The notes beneath the pieces are model-generated. The model ran no database searches, was not told the DNA's origin, and was given only the letters and a program-made list of their open reading frames with translations. Positions 29,493 to 39,465 of a stretch of 64,000 nt of DNA are shown piece by piece. Origin of the DNA: Candidatus Poribacteria bacterium (GTDB lineage: Bacteria > Poribacteria > WGA-4E > PCPOR2b); the NCBI GenBank assembly GCA_965208675.1, contig OZ242351.1:960001-1024000 (forward strand), written 5' to 3'. Position numbers and translations under genes: made by a program. Positions within the stretch are counted from its first letter, which is position 1; every line of letters starts with the position of its first letter.

Positions 29493-30335
29493 ATGAGTGA
29501 ATTGTTTACGGCGGAAGAGGTCGACCAGTTCCATCGGGACAGTTTTATCATGGTCGAGGACTTTCTGGATACCGAAGAGACTGAGCTCCTTTATGAGGCA
29601 GCCAAAGGAGACTATGTAATGATGCAACATGCCCACGATGTGAAGGACACGGAAGGAAAGAACTCAAAGCTGGCGCTTTGGGATCATCCGGGCGAGGACA
29701 TCTACGGGCTGATTGCCAGAAGTCACAAGATGGTGAACAGGATTGAGCAGTTGCTCGGCGCCGATGTGTATCACTACCATTCTACCATGATGCTCAAAGA
29801 ACCTCGCGTCGGCGGTGCGTGGGAATGGCACCAGGACTACGGATATTGGTATTACTACGGTTGTCTCTTTCCGGATATCGCCGCGTGCATGGTCGCAATT
29901 GATGAGCAGACCAAAGAAAACGGATGCCTTCAGGTGATAAAGGGATCGCACCGCTTAGGGCGTTTGGATCATACGGAACAAACCTCTGCGGGTAGTACAC
30001 AGACCAGCGTTGATCCAGAACGAATAGAAGCAATTTTGGCACGCATGGAATTGGTCTATTGTGAAATGCCGCCGGGCGCCGGGATTTTCTTTCACGGCAA
30101 TATTCTACACCGCTCCGAAGCAAATCTGAGCGACAAACCCCGCTGGGCTTTGAGATGCGTCTATAACACCGTTCACAACGACCCGTATAGAGATATCAAA
30201 CACGCCCGCTATACACCGCTGCAAAAAGTGCCGGATTCGGCAATTAAAGCCGGCGCCGCCAAAACCAGCGACTCCGCCAAAGAATATTACTCCGGAGAAT
30301 CGCTGCGGACGCCGCGGCCAGACGATTCTGCATAG
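29493..30335 (+). CDS. PhyH-family Fe(II)/2-oxoglutarate dioxygenase
   Basis: WEWHQDYGYW (HxD), ENGCLQVIKGSH, FFHGNILHRS, R-W-A. Confidence 0.92.
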   Translation: MSELFTAEEVDQFHRDSFIMVEDFLDTEETELLYEAAKGDYVMMQHAHDVKDTEGKNSKLALWDHPGEDIYGLIARSHKMVNRIEQLLGADVYHYHSTMMLKEPRVGGAWEWHQDYGYWYYYGCLFPDIAACMVAIDEQTKENGCLQVIKGSHRLGRLDHTEQTSAGSTQTSVDPERIEAILARMELVYCEMPPGAGIFFHGNILHRSEANLSDKPRWALRCVYNTVHNDPYRDIKHARYTPLQKVPDSAIKAGAAKTSDSAKEYYSGESLRTPRPDDSA

Positions 30336-30435
30336 CCGTCCTGATGCTTCGATTTTGAGCGCCCTACAAAACACAAAATTCCTGCCCATTTCGGCATTAT
30401 CGCGCTGAACGCTAGAACCAATTCCACGAAAACAG

Positions 30436-31269
30436 ATGCCGGGATTAGAAATGCTCAATCAAGAACAAACTGACGAGTTTCGCACCAAAGGTTTTCTTCT
30501 CAGTGGATGTGTTGTAAGTCGTAATCAGGTCAATGTCCTAAATGACGAAATTAATCGGGTGATTGCGGAGCAAAATACAGACAAGCCGCAGCCCGTCCGG
30601 CTTGCGAACCTCGCCTCCAATCCTGACAGTGTAACTTGGCAAATCACGAACATCTGGGAAGCTAGCCAGCCTTTTCGAGAGTTGATTTTCAACTCCACGA
30701 TGGTCGAAGAGGTTGCTCAACTGACCCGGGCGCAGCAACTGCGGGTCTGGCACGACCAGGTGCAGTTTAAACTAGCGGAGCGAGGCGGTATCACCGACTG
30801 GCATCAAGATTCTCCCTGTTGGCCAATCCTGACCCCGAAGACATGCCAGGTGACTGCATGGGTTGCGCTAGACGATGCAGATGCATCCAATGGCTGTATG
30901 AGTATGGTCGCGGGTGCATACAATTGGGGCGACCAGATTGAATTTTTGCGCCGCATACAAGATTTCGATGAGATGCCGACAGCTTTCCAGGATCGTAACT
31001 TGCAGGTGGAGTTGTGTCCAGTACCGGCGGGTCATGTCCACTATCATCACGGTTTAGCTTGGCACGGTTCTCACGCGAATACCAGTGCCCGGCCGCGCCG
31101 GGCTATCGCAATCCACTACATGACCGGCGAAACGCGTTACGACTCCAGCGGTAACCACACGATGAAACCCTTTGTAAACGTTATGGATGGCGAAGTATTG
31201 ACAGGAGAGCACTTCCCGTTAGTCTGGGATGACGGTAAACTGGTGCGTCCCAATACGAACCCGCCTTGA
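30436..31269 (+). CDS. PhyH-family Fe(II)/2-oxoglutarate dioxygenase
   Basis: WHQD, WVALDDA..NGCM, HHGLAWHGS..N.S..PRRA. Confidence 0.92.
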   Translation: MPGLEMLNQEQTDEFRTKGFLLSGCVVSRNQVNVLNDEINRVIAEQNTDKPQPVRLANLASNPDSVTWQITNIWEASQPFRELIFNSTMVEEVAQLTRAQQLRVWHDQVQFKLAERGGITDWHQDSPCWPILTPKTCQVTAWVALDDADASNGCMSMVAGAYNWGDQIEFLRRIQDFDEMPTAFQDRNLQVELCPVPAGHVHYHHGLAWHGSHANTSARPRRAIAIHYMTGETRYDSSGNHTMKPFVNVMDGEVLTGEHFPLVWDDGKLVRPNTNPP

Positions 31270-31557
31270 TGCGAATACACACCGAACGAAGACCTAGACG
31301 AAGCCATTTCAGATAGATGACCGAGCCGAAGGACAAAACCAGAAATCTCCCCCAATCCACGTTACGATTAGGTGAACGGTGGCCTAGCCTTACCTACCGG
31401 TATTTCGAAATGTGAAGCATTTTGGAATCGTTTCAATTGAACTTGTACACGGCTTTATACAAATCACTACTGTGAATGTGAAGACTCCCAGATATTGAGT
31501 AACAAAACTATTAAGCCAAAAAGTCCCCCAATTCCCGCATCAGATTGAGGCTTTCAG

Positions 31558-33198
31558 ATGAATCAAGGAAACATCGCGATCAAACCGGCGATGGAACTCG
31601 CTGGCCAGAATCTAATCAACATGCTCCACCCCGATTATGATTATCTTCCCTCCTTTTTGATTGCCGTTGATCGCGATTACAAAGCCGATCGTCAGTTCTT
31701 TTTCATGACGCATAACATTGGGCGTTGGGTCGACGCGATGTATCGGCTTGAGGCAGCCACAGGCTTCGCCGCACCCGAAAAGATTCAGGACGCCATGTTT
31801 TGCCACATAAAGGCGTTCTGTGACAATCCGGACGACCTCTTTTTACGTCCGCTGGACAAGTTGCCCTACGGCGAGGGAGACCTTTTTTGCTTCCATTCCC
31901 TCCGGGAGCATTTAGCCGCTTTTTGCATACTCGGGAAGGTCAAGAAGAATCAATGGGCCCTCGATAGTGCCCACCGAATGCTCGTGAAACTGGAAAGTCT
32001 TCTCCTTCCTCGTGACGAGTGGGTCGCCGAGCAACGGGTCTGGGACATTGAGAAGACGAAACGATACATGCATCTCGGCCTAAAGAAGATACACCCTGGG
32101 TGGAACCTCAACTTACAGGGTTCCGAAGGCAGACTCATTGAGCCGCTGATTTGGTACTATGAGTTGACCGGCGACGTGCTGGCACTGAATCTCGCGGATC
32201 GCTTTGCCCGCTTCCATCTTGACTATTCCACGTCACCGGATGGCGCTTTTTACGGAGGGTCGCTGGCGGGCCACAATCACTCGTACATGGGGACAATTCG
32301 GGGGCTTCTCGCATATGGACGGTTTAGCGGCCAACACGAATACGTCGATGCCGTCGCCAAGACGTATCAGGTAGCTTTCCCAACCATAATCACTCCGTCT
32401 GGATACTGCACACACGATCTCGACAAAGAAATGGGCGGCGACATCTCGTCAGCAGGAGACGTCGCACAGATTGCGCTTTGGCTCGGGATGTATCACGGGT
32501 ACGCAGACTACCTGGACGATGTGCAACGTATTGTGGTTTCCCGTCTACTTCCGTGCCAGATTACGGAAAGCCCGCCTTTACAGCCAAAAGATACGGAACG
32601 AAAGCCGCGTCAAGAGTTCCTCCCGGATGGCCGCTTAGCTTTGTTCGACTACCCGGAAAACATGGAGCACATAATTATCGGCGCGCTCGGCGGAATATAT
32701 GGCCATCCGTACGGAGCCAAGTGGTCAGTCGTGGACGTAACTGCGTCGGCCTTGCACAGTCTCGTTGATGTTTACAACCACGTCGCACAGGAGACTGAAA
32801 ACGAGATTCGCGTCTATTTCCACTTCGACTACGACACCGACTTCGTGAAAATCAGCAGTGAGCGTAGCGAGGACGGTCAGATGGCCACGCTCTCCATTGA
32901 GCCTAAGGTCCGGAAGAACCTTTGGGTGCGCATCCCCGGCTGGGTGCCAGGTGAGTCTCTTCGTGTCACGGTCGACGGTAAAACCACAGCGACGAGGGTG
33001 AGTCAATTTTTGGTCATAAATGCGAACGACCTGCCCGGACGTGTGCAGTTGAAGTATGAACGACCATTGCTCAAGAGCGTGGAGTGCGTTGACGGAACTG
33101 ATTATGAACTCTCCTGGCGGGGCGATGAAGTCGTCGGTATTTGCCCAAATACAGGCTTTTACCCGTTCTATACGACGACATCGGGGTGCGACGGATAG
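31558..33198 (+). CDS. GH127-like (alpha/alpha)6-barrel + beta-sandwich protein
   Basis: Architecture and C-terminus parallel the ORF at 3..548 (LWVRIPGW, WRGDEVVGICP...YPFY vs IRGNNVVSISP...YPFY); GHNHS motif. Confidence 0.55.
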   Translation: MNQGNIAIKPAMELAGQNLINMLHPDYDYLPSFLIAVDRDYKADRQFFFMTHNIGRWVDAMYRLEAATGFAAPEKIQDAMFCHIKAFCDNPDDLFLRPLDKLPYGEGDLFCFHSLREHLAAFCILGKVKKNQWALDSAHRMLVKLESLLLPRDEWVAEQRVWDIEKTKRYMHLGLKKIHPGWNLNLQGSEGRLIEPLIWYYELTGDVLALNLADRFARFHLDYSTSPDGAFYGGSLAGHNHSYMGTIRGLLAYGRFSGQHEYVDAVAKTYQVAFPTIITPSGYCTHDLDKEMGGDISSAGDVAQIALWLGMYHGYADYLDDVQRIVVSRLLPCQITESPPLQPKDTERKPRQEFLPDGRLALFDYPENMEHIIIGALGGIYGHPYGAKWSVVDVTASALHSLVDVYNHVAQETENEIRVYFHFDYDTDFVKISSERSEDGQMATLSIEPKVRKNLWVRIPGWVPGESLRVTVDGKTTATRVSQFLVINANDLPGRVQLKYERPLLKSVECVDGTDYELSWRGDEVVGICPNTGFYPFYTTTSGCDG

Positions 33199-33493
33199 TG
33201 TGTTTCACCGAATTGAGGTCCATCAACTGTTAATATGGACTGCGCCGGAGAGGATGTTACTTTACCGCCGGTCATCTTCCGGTGCGTGAAGCTGGGGCTG
33301 ATTGGCGAATCATCTTCGGCGCGTGAGGTGCGTTTTTTATCACGCTGTCGCAAAAATGAGAATTACCCATACCGGAATTCGGTGAATAGGCAAAGGTAAC
33401 CTATCGCAAGAACTGCGTCGGGCAGTGGTGTACCTTATCCAAGAATTCTCGACTCAGGGCAGCAGAACATAGCACATCAGGAGAGAAATCATA

Positions 33494-33640
33494 ATGGCAA
33501 AAGCTAATATCGGACTCATCGGATTGGCTGTGATGGCGAAAACCCTCTTCTGAATATCGGACAAGGGCTTACGCTTAGCTACATTCTAGCGTGCACTAGC
33601 GGAGGTTACAGGGCTTAATCGAAGGACGAGTAAGAAGGTC
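33494..33640 (+). pseudogene. gnd: Remnant of 6-phosphogluconate dehydrogenase (gnd) N-terminus
   Basis: AGGAGA RBS then ATG MAKANIGLIGLAVM (canonical 6PGDH start); residual EN.., LNI, DKG segments survive only in shifted frames; stop after 19 codons. 3' boundary approximate. Confidence 0.75.
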
Positions 33641-33730
33641 GGACGTTTTGGGCAAAACTACAAGAACAAAGGAGGAAATCGCAAGCCGCTACTAATTTGA
33701 AATCAGGGTGTGCATTGCGATGAGTGAAAT

Positions 33731-34234
33731 ATGATTTTAGAACGTTGGGTTGTATCGTTATCCAAATTTAAGAAACTTACCGTAAAAATTGCCGACCGGT
33801 TAATTGATCGAATCAATCTTGAACCGATGGAGGATGACAACGGAAATGCCGGGGTAAAAGCGGTATGGGTTGGCGAGCCCGGTAAGAATAAGATTGACAT
33901 AAACGCTAAGTCATTGCAAGGAAGCATTCAGGTTGACGGCGATCGTGCTCCAACCATTGAGTATTGGCAAAAAGGGGAAACACGCGGTTTCGCGTTAGGG
34001 TATCCAAAAAGCGTTTCCTGTGAACTTGATGAAAAGACGCTGCGAAAAATTTTAACCCCTAAAACTGCAGGAATCGCCATGGCTGCGGGTGCAGCAATTG
34101 GGTTGGCCGGCTGGCTTGCCACTGCAATCGCTAGCCGGGTGACGCTCGCTAGGCAGGAAGCGGAAATATCTTCGCCTTCGTTACCCAATTCTCAGATAGC
34201 CGGTACAGACGGTGAAGTTGAAGACGATACATAA
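33731..34234 (+). CDS. Hypothetical protein with C-terminal TM helix
   Basis: 167-aa ORF, hydrophobic AGIAMAAGAAIGLAGWLATAIA segment; no family recognised. Confidence 0.55.
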   Translation: MILERWVVSLSKFKKLTVKIADRLIDRINLEPMEDDNGNAGVKAVWVGEPGKNKIDINAKSLQGSIQVDGDRAPTIEYWQKGETRGFALGYPKSVSCELDEKTLRKILTPKTAGIAMAAGAAIGLAGWLATAIASRVTLARQEAEISSPSLPNSQIAGTDGEVEDDT

Positions 34235-34312
34235 TTCACACCCCATCGGCTTAAAGTCGAGATAGCATTTCGCGCTGCGCCCAAGACGGGACGACTCGTC
34301 ACATCTAAATTC

Positions 34313-35233
34313 CTACCAATTGGGATCGTAGTCCCAATCTACTTGCTGTCTTCCGTACCGCTTGTCATTGTAAACAGTCTGATGGCAATCGAGGCACCTG
34401 TCATAGAGACTCACGCCGTGAACCTCATGTGCAAGCTGAATTTCCGGCGTGCTGTGAACGTGGCAGGTTCGGCAGGTGTATGTTCTGTAGTTTACATCGG
34501 TGTAAATGTTCATTTGGGAAGCCTCTTTCCGCACGAAGTATTTCCGCCCGTTTTTTGTGTCGGTCATCAGCCACTCACTACCCTTCGTTTTCATCGAAAT
34601 CCCCGTATCCTCAGATATAGGAATCCCGCGAATGTCAAACTCCCATTGCACATCTTCCGGAAGCCTATCCGCTTTGTCTAACTCTTTCTGCAATCCTGCA
34701 TCGAAACTGAACAACCGTGAATCCGCGGCGTGGCAGCGTACACAAGGAACGTCGTGCACCCGCGCCAAAGGAAAGAATTCGTCGTGATCGAGCTTTTCAC
34801 GGCCGTGTACGACGATTCCAAGCATTAAGATTGGGGCAAGTGCAAGATGGACGCGCAGTAGATTTCGTCTTGCCCGGTGCGACGTTAGACTCACCCCGAT
34901 TCCCGTTCCAAGGTTGAGCAAAGCTAGAATGAATGTCAGCCAAGAGTGCCACGCGAGCGGGTCAAATGCGGAGTGAATAACGACAAGGCACAGTCCAAAT
35001 GACGCCAGCCTTTGATGGAATTTCAGCCAGGTTTGCCGTTTACCCCATTGAATTAGGCGTGTTCGCAGGATGTAACAACTTGCAATCAGTATGGCAATCG
35101 CCCCAATGATACTGAGTGTATGCCGTACTTCGCCGAATCCCGATTTCCATAACCCAAAGGGTGACATTATCGACACGAACGCGACGACAACTGCTGCGGC
35201 GACTCCGTAGCCAATCTGTATAAACGGGTTCAT
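34313..35233 (-). CDS. Membrane protein with cytochrome b-like His helices fused to a trihaem c-type cytochrome domain
   Basis: About 5 TM helices with His pairs (WLKFHQ...VVIHS; LRVH...VVH); CVRCH, CRTCH, CLDCH. Confidence 0.75.
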   Translation of the reverse strand: MNPFIQIGYGVAAAVVVAFVSIMSPFGLWKSGFGEVRHTLSIIGAIAILIASCYILRTRLIQWGKRQTWLKFHQRLASFGLCLVVIHSAFDPLAWHSWLTFILALLNLGTGIGVSLTSHRARRNLLRVHLALAPILMLGIVVHGREKLDHDEFFPLARVHDVPCVRCHAADSRLFSFDAGLQKELDKADRLPEDVQWEFDIRGIPISEDTGISMKTKGSEWLMTDTKNGRKYFVRKEASQMNIYTDVNYRTYTCRTCHVHSTPEIQLAHEVHGVSLYDRCLDCHQTVYNDKRYGRQQVDWDYDPNW

Positions 35234-35311
35234 AATGTGGGATTGCCCATTTTAACGAACGAAGAGTCAATGATGAATGGATTATCGATAATTCATTCAT
35301 TGTGTCCCGCT

Positions 35312-36259
35312 TCAATTTTCGTCAACGATTTCACCGGAGCTTGCGGGAAGCGTTAAATCCAAGAATAGGTCATCCAACCAGCTTTCGGTCTTTTGAAAAC
35401 GCAAAATCGCGGCGCCTGCCTGAATCAAATCTTTGAGCAGATTGGAAACTTCAACCTCTGTCATCTGTGAATCTATCAGAATCCGCGAGTCCGTCACCTC
35501 AAAGGACATTAAATTAGACCTGTTATGCAAGAGGGATTCTGCTTTATCAATACCCTCCAATACATCTATTTCGAGCCGATGGCTTCGTGTAATCTGACCG
35601 GCGATTTCAGCAACGTCTCCATACAGTGCAAAATTACCTTTATACAGAATTGCCAACCGGTTGCAGGTTGATGCTACATCTGCGGGCCGATTCGTACTTA
35701 AGACCACTGTTTTTCCCATTGCCCCAAGCTCAACAATTAACGCCTGCATCTCTATCTGTCCGCGCACATCTAACGCCGAGAGCGTCTCATCTAGAATCCA
35801 GATTTGCGGATCGTGCAAAAATGTCTTTGCGAGGCAAAGCCTGCGTTTTTGACCCAGAGAGAGTTGTGCGATGTTCTGTTTGCGGAGTTCACCCAAATCC
35901 ATCAGATCCATGACGTCTTTCATGCACCCAGCGCGCAACGCCCCGTCTAATTTGTAAGCGGAAGCGAAAAATTCAAGATACTCCCAAACGGAGAGGTCCG
36001 GATAGCCGTCAAAGGTTTGAGGTACATACCCGATTAACGGACGGACTCTATTCAGGTGGGCAAATGCATCATAACCCGCAATTTCGACAACGCCAGAAGT
36101 AGGTTTGACAAGCGTCGCAATAATCCTCAGCAGAATCGATTTGCCGCAGCCATTCACTCCTAGCAGCGCAAAACAATCTCCTTCGGCGAGATTCATATTG
36201 ATGTCCGTAAAAATCTGCCTTTGTTGGAATGATTTGCACAACTGTTGAACACGAATCAT
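35312..36259 (-). CDS. ABC transporter ATP-binding protein (DrrA/ABC-2 type)
   Basis: GVNGCGKS Walker A, LSLGQKRR signature, ILDE Walker B; H-switch appears replaced (STN). Confidence 0.88.
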   Translation of the reverse strand: MIRVQQLCKSFQQRQIFTDINMNLAEGDCFALLGVNGCGKSILLRIIATLVKPTSGVVEIAGYDAFAHLNRVRPLIGYVPQTFDGYPDLSVWEYLEFFASAYKLDGALRAGCMKDVMDLMDLGELRKQNIAQLSLGQKRRLCLAKTFLHDPQIWILDETLSALDVRGQIEMQALIVELGAMGKTVVLSTNRPADVASTCNRLAILYKGNFALYGDVAEIAGQITRSHRLEIDVLEGIDKAESLLHNRSNLMSFEVTDSRILIDSQMTEVEVSNLLKDLIQAGAAILRFQKTESWLDDLFLDLTLPASSGEIVDEN

Positions 36260-36349
36260 GATTTGTCCATCTTAGAGACTATGGCAAAGGGAATACACAC
36301 AAATTGAATTGAATTCTTCATCTACCGTGTGTTCATTCCGTTGCAAGTT

Positions 36350-37450
36350 TTAGATTCCACGGTTGGCGTTTAGGAGTTTTGTATGGATGGGCTTCCAGTC
36401 ACTGCGTCGATTACCGATGAGGATTAATCTATCTGTCGGTTGGATTTCAAATTCGGGAGGCGGGTTGATCCAGTGCTGGCTGCTTCGGATTATCCCAACT
36501 AAAATGACCTGCGCGCCCAATTCCATGAGAAGAGACTGTAGTTCGAGAAAGCGTAATCCAGGAATCTCGACAGGTTCAGTATACAACTCACTTCCTTCAG
36601 CCTGAGTCAGCAGTTCTGCAATGGCGTGAGAAAGCCCATGATCCCGGACCTCTTGTGCTAATACTTTGGCTGCGATGTTACGTGTGGGAATGACCGCATC
36701 ACAGTTGAACGCTCGGAAGAGTGCTAGATGTCCAATGCTGCCGCACTCAACAATGGTTCTGACTTTGGGGTTGAGGGTTTCAATGAGGGAAACAATTGAG
36801 GACGTGATGGCGTCTGCCGCATGTTCGTCGTTTCCCGGTGTAAGAATTAACGACGCATAAGCTCGCGCAACATTCGCTCTAGTCAGCGATTCGTCTTGCA
36901 ACGGAGATCCACGGACAAAATAGACATTCGGGTTGTTGAAAGGGATTTCCTCGATGTTATCCGTCAGGATTACAACAGATCTATCGGACGTTACCGAATC
37001 GGATGCAAGCTGGTCTATGATTGCGGTAACCTTCAATTCGGAGGGAAAATTCACAATGACGATATGGTCATCGACTAAATCCCGGCAATCAATGTGTCCG
37101 AATCGCCGGTTATTCTGTCCTTCGACGGCAAGGTCCACAATCTGAGTAATGACATAAGGGAATGATGCTAACCCAACAAGATATATTAGGATAATTGTAG
37201 TAATCCTCCCCCCTACAGTTGCCGCAGAGTAATCCCCGTACCCAACTGTTGTTATTGTTGTAAAAGTCGCCCAGACCGAATCCCATAGCGATAGCTGACC
37301 ACTCTCTTTACGCTCAAATAAATAAAATATCATAGAGTGTAGAATAATACAGAGCATAACTATACCGAGAACCGCTGCAATGCGTCGAATATGACGATTG
37401 AAATACGCACGGCGCAGGCGGCGGTATAATCGAAGGCTAATTGAAAACAT
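36350..37450 (-). CDS. Potassium channel with RCK (TrkA-N/TrkA-C) domains
   Basis: TTITTVGYGD selectivity filter between two TM helices; DHIVIVN and GSPL...RANV RCK motifs. Confidence 0.92.
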   Translation of the reverse strand: MFSISLRLYRRLRRAYFNRHIRRIAAVLGIVMLCIILHSMIFYLFERKESGQLSLWDSVWATFTTITTVGYGDYSAATVGGRITTIILIYLVGLASFPYVITQIVDLAVEGQNNRRFGHIDCRDLVDDHIVIVNFPSELKVTAIIDQLASDSVTSDRSVVILTDNIEEIPFNNPNVYFVRGSPLQDESLTRANVARAYASLILTPGNDEHAADAITSSIVSLIETLNPKVRTIVECGSIGHLALFRAFNCDAVIPTRNIAAKVLAQEVRDHGLSHAIAELLTQAEGSELYTEPVEIPGLRFLELQSLLMELGAQVILVGIIRSSQHWINPPPEFEIQPTDRLILIGNRRSDWKPIHTKLLNANRGI

Positions 37451-37672
37451 TGTTTCTCCTTTACACAGGAAATCAATTATTGGGTTATTCTACCATATAA
37501 GGAATCCCTATCATAACAAAAAATTGCGCCCATTGAATTTCCAGATTTCCCATGCGAGCTAGGCGACCACCATGAGCAATACGCCCCTCGCAATTTCCCT
37601 TTATATTTGAAATTAACTATAGTAAAATATACACTGCGATCGTAGAGTAATTGCAGGAATAAAGGACATGTG

Positions 37673-39361
37673 ATGCCAAAAATGACCGGTTCCAAATTTA
37701 TCGCCGAAACATTGAAGGGGTACGGCGTTACGACGATCTTCTTCGTGCCGGCGATTTTGAGAGGCGTCCTTGTTGAAGCCGAGAAGTTAGGTATAAAGCG
37801 AGTGCTCTGCCATTCCGAGAAAGCTGCGGCATACATGGCGGACGGCTACGCTCGTGCATCGTATGGACCGGGGGTCGCCATGGCGCAGTCCGTAGGTGCG
37901 GCTAATCTTGCCGCCGGGCTGCAGGATGCCTACCTCGCGTTGTCACCGGTGCTTGCCATTACCGGTCGGTTGCCGCCGTACTACCGGTACCGCCGCGCAT
38001 ACCAGGAAATCGACCATTGGCCGCTCTATGAACCAGTAACCAAGTATAACGCTTTCGTTGATGCGGTTGACCAGTTGCCTGTCATGTTGCGTCAGGCATT
38101 TCGAGAGGCGAATTCCGGCGCGCCAGGTCCGGTTCACTTGGAATTGTTGGGATTTCAGGGCGAAACGGTTGCGGACGCTGAAGCCGACTTAGAAGTGATA
38201 ATTGAGGAAGCCTTCACGCATTGTCCGCCGTTTCGCACTGAACCTGAACCGGAATTGGTGAAACAGGCGTCCGCGCTTCTCGCGCAGGCTGAACGGCCGG
38301 TCATCGTTGCCGGCGGGGGCGTTGCTGCGTCCCATGCGGGTTCAGAGATTGTCAAATTGGCAGAGATGCGTTCTATACCCGTGGCAACGTCTCTGAACGG
38401 CAAGGGGAGTATCCCGGAAAACCACCCTTTATCTGTAGGAGTCGTCGGTTCTTACTCGCGTTGGTGCGCCAACCAGATAGTCTCAGAAGCCGATCTAGTC
38501 CTTTTTGTAGGAAGCCACACGGGTGGACAGGTTTCCCATTTCTGGCAGGTACCAAAACGCGGTACCGCGGCTATTCAGATTGACATAAACCCGTCAGCCA
38601 TCGGGCGAAATTATCCGACGCAAGTGGCTATGCTTGGCGACGCCAAGGTGTCCGTACAGCGTCTCATTGAGGCCATTGCCCTAACCCCCGCACCTACCGA
38701 TGGGCGTAATACTTGGACGGCTCGAGTAATCCAATTGGTAGCACAGTGGTGAAAAGAGCTTGAGCCGCTTTTCAACTCCGAATCATCACCCATCCGACCT
38801 GAGCGGCTGTGCAAAGAAATATGTGATTTCCTTCCTTCCGATGCCGTACTAGTATCTGATACGGGGCATGCCGGCATCTGGTCAGGAACAATGATTGACC
38901 TTGAAGCACCCGGCCAGCGATATCTACGATGCGCCGGCTCCCTAGGTTGGGGTTTTCCGGCGGCTTTGGGTGCGAAATGCGCTGTCCCCGAGAGGCCTGT
39001 GATCTGCTTTACTGGTGATGGGGGTTTCTGGTACCATCTCAGCGAGTTAGAAACTGCGCTTCGCTGCGGAATTAACACGGTGACCGTGATTAACAACAAC
39101 CATTCGCTGAATCAGGACAAAGCGGGTGTAGACCGTGCATACGGCGATGCGCCCACCGGCAACCGCGAGGAGCTTTGGGTGTTTGAAAACGCGGATTTCT
39201 CGAAAATTGCGCAGTCCATGGGCGGTTTCGGGATTCGAGTGGAGCGTCCTGGAGATATCCAGTCCGCTTTGGAACAGGCATTGGCTTCAGGCAAACCATC
39301 GGTGGTGGATATATCAAGCGACATCAATGCCTTCGCACCATTGCCCTACGTTCCAGATTAA
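37673..39361 (+). pseudogene. Thiamine-diphosphate enzyme (acetolactate synthase large-subunit-like) interrupted by in-frame TGA at 38750-38752
   Basis: HSEKAAAYMADGYAR, PGPVHL, GSLGWGFPAALGA, GDGG...NN TPP motif; frame continues through TGA (QW*KELEPLFNSESSPIRPERL...SDTGHAGIW) into ORF 38891..39361. Confidence 0.8.
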
Positions 39362-39465
39362 TTATCCCCGCGGACCTGGCCATAAATCTCGATTATTCGT
39401 CTGTTTTTTTTGACGCGAAGAGATGAGTTCGTTACAGATTACCTCATCGTTTACCGGGTCTGAAA

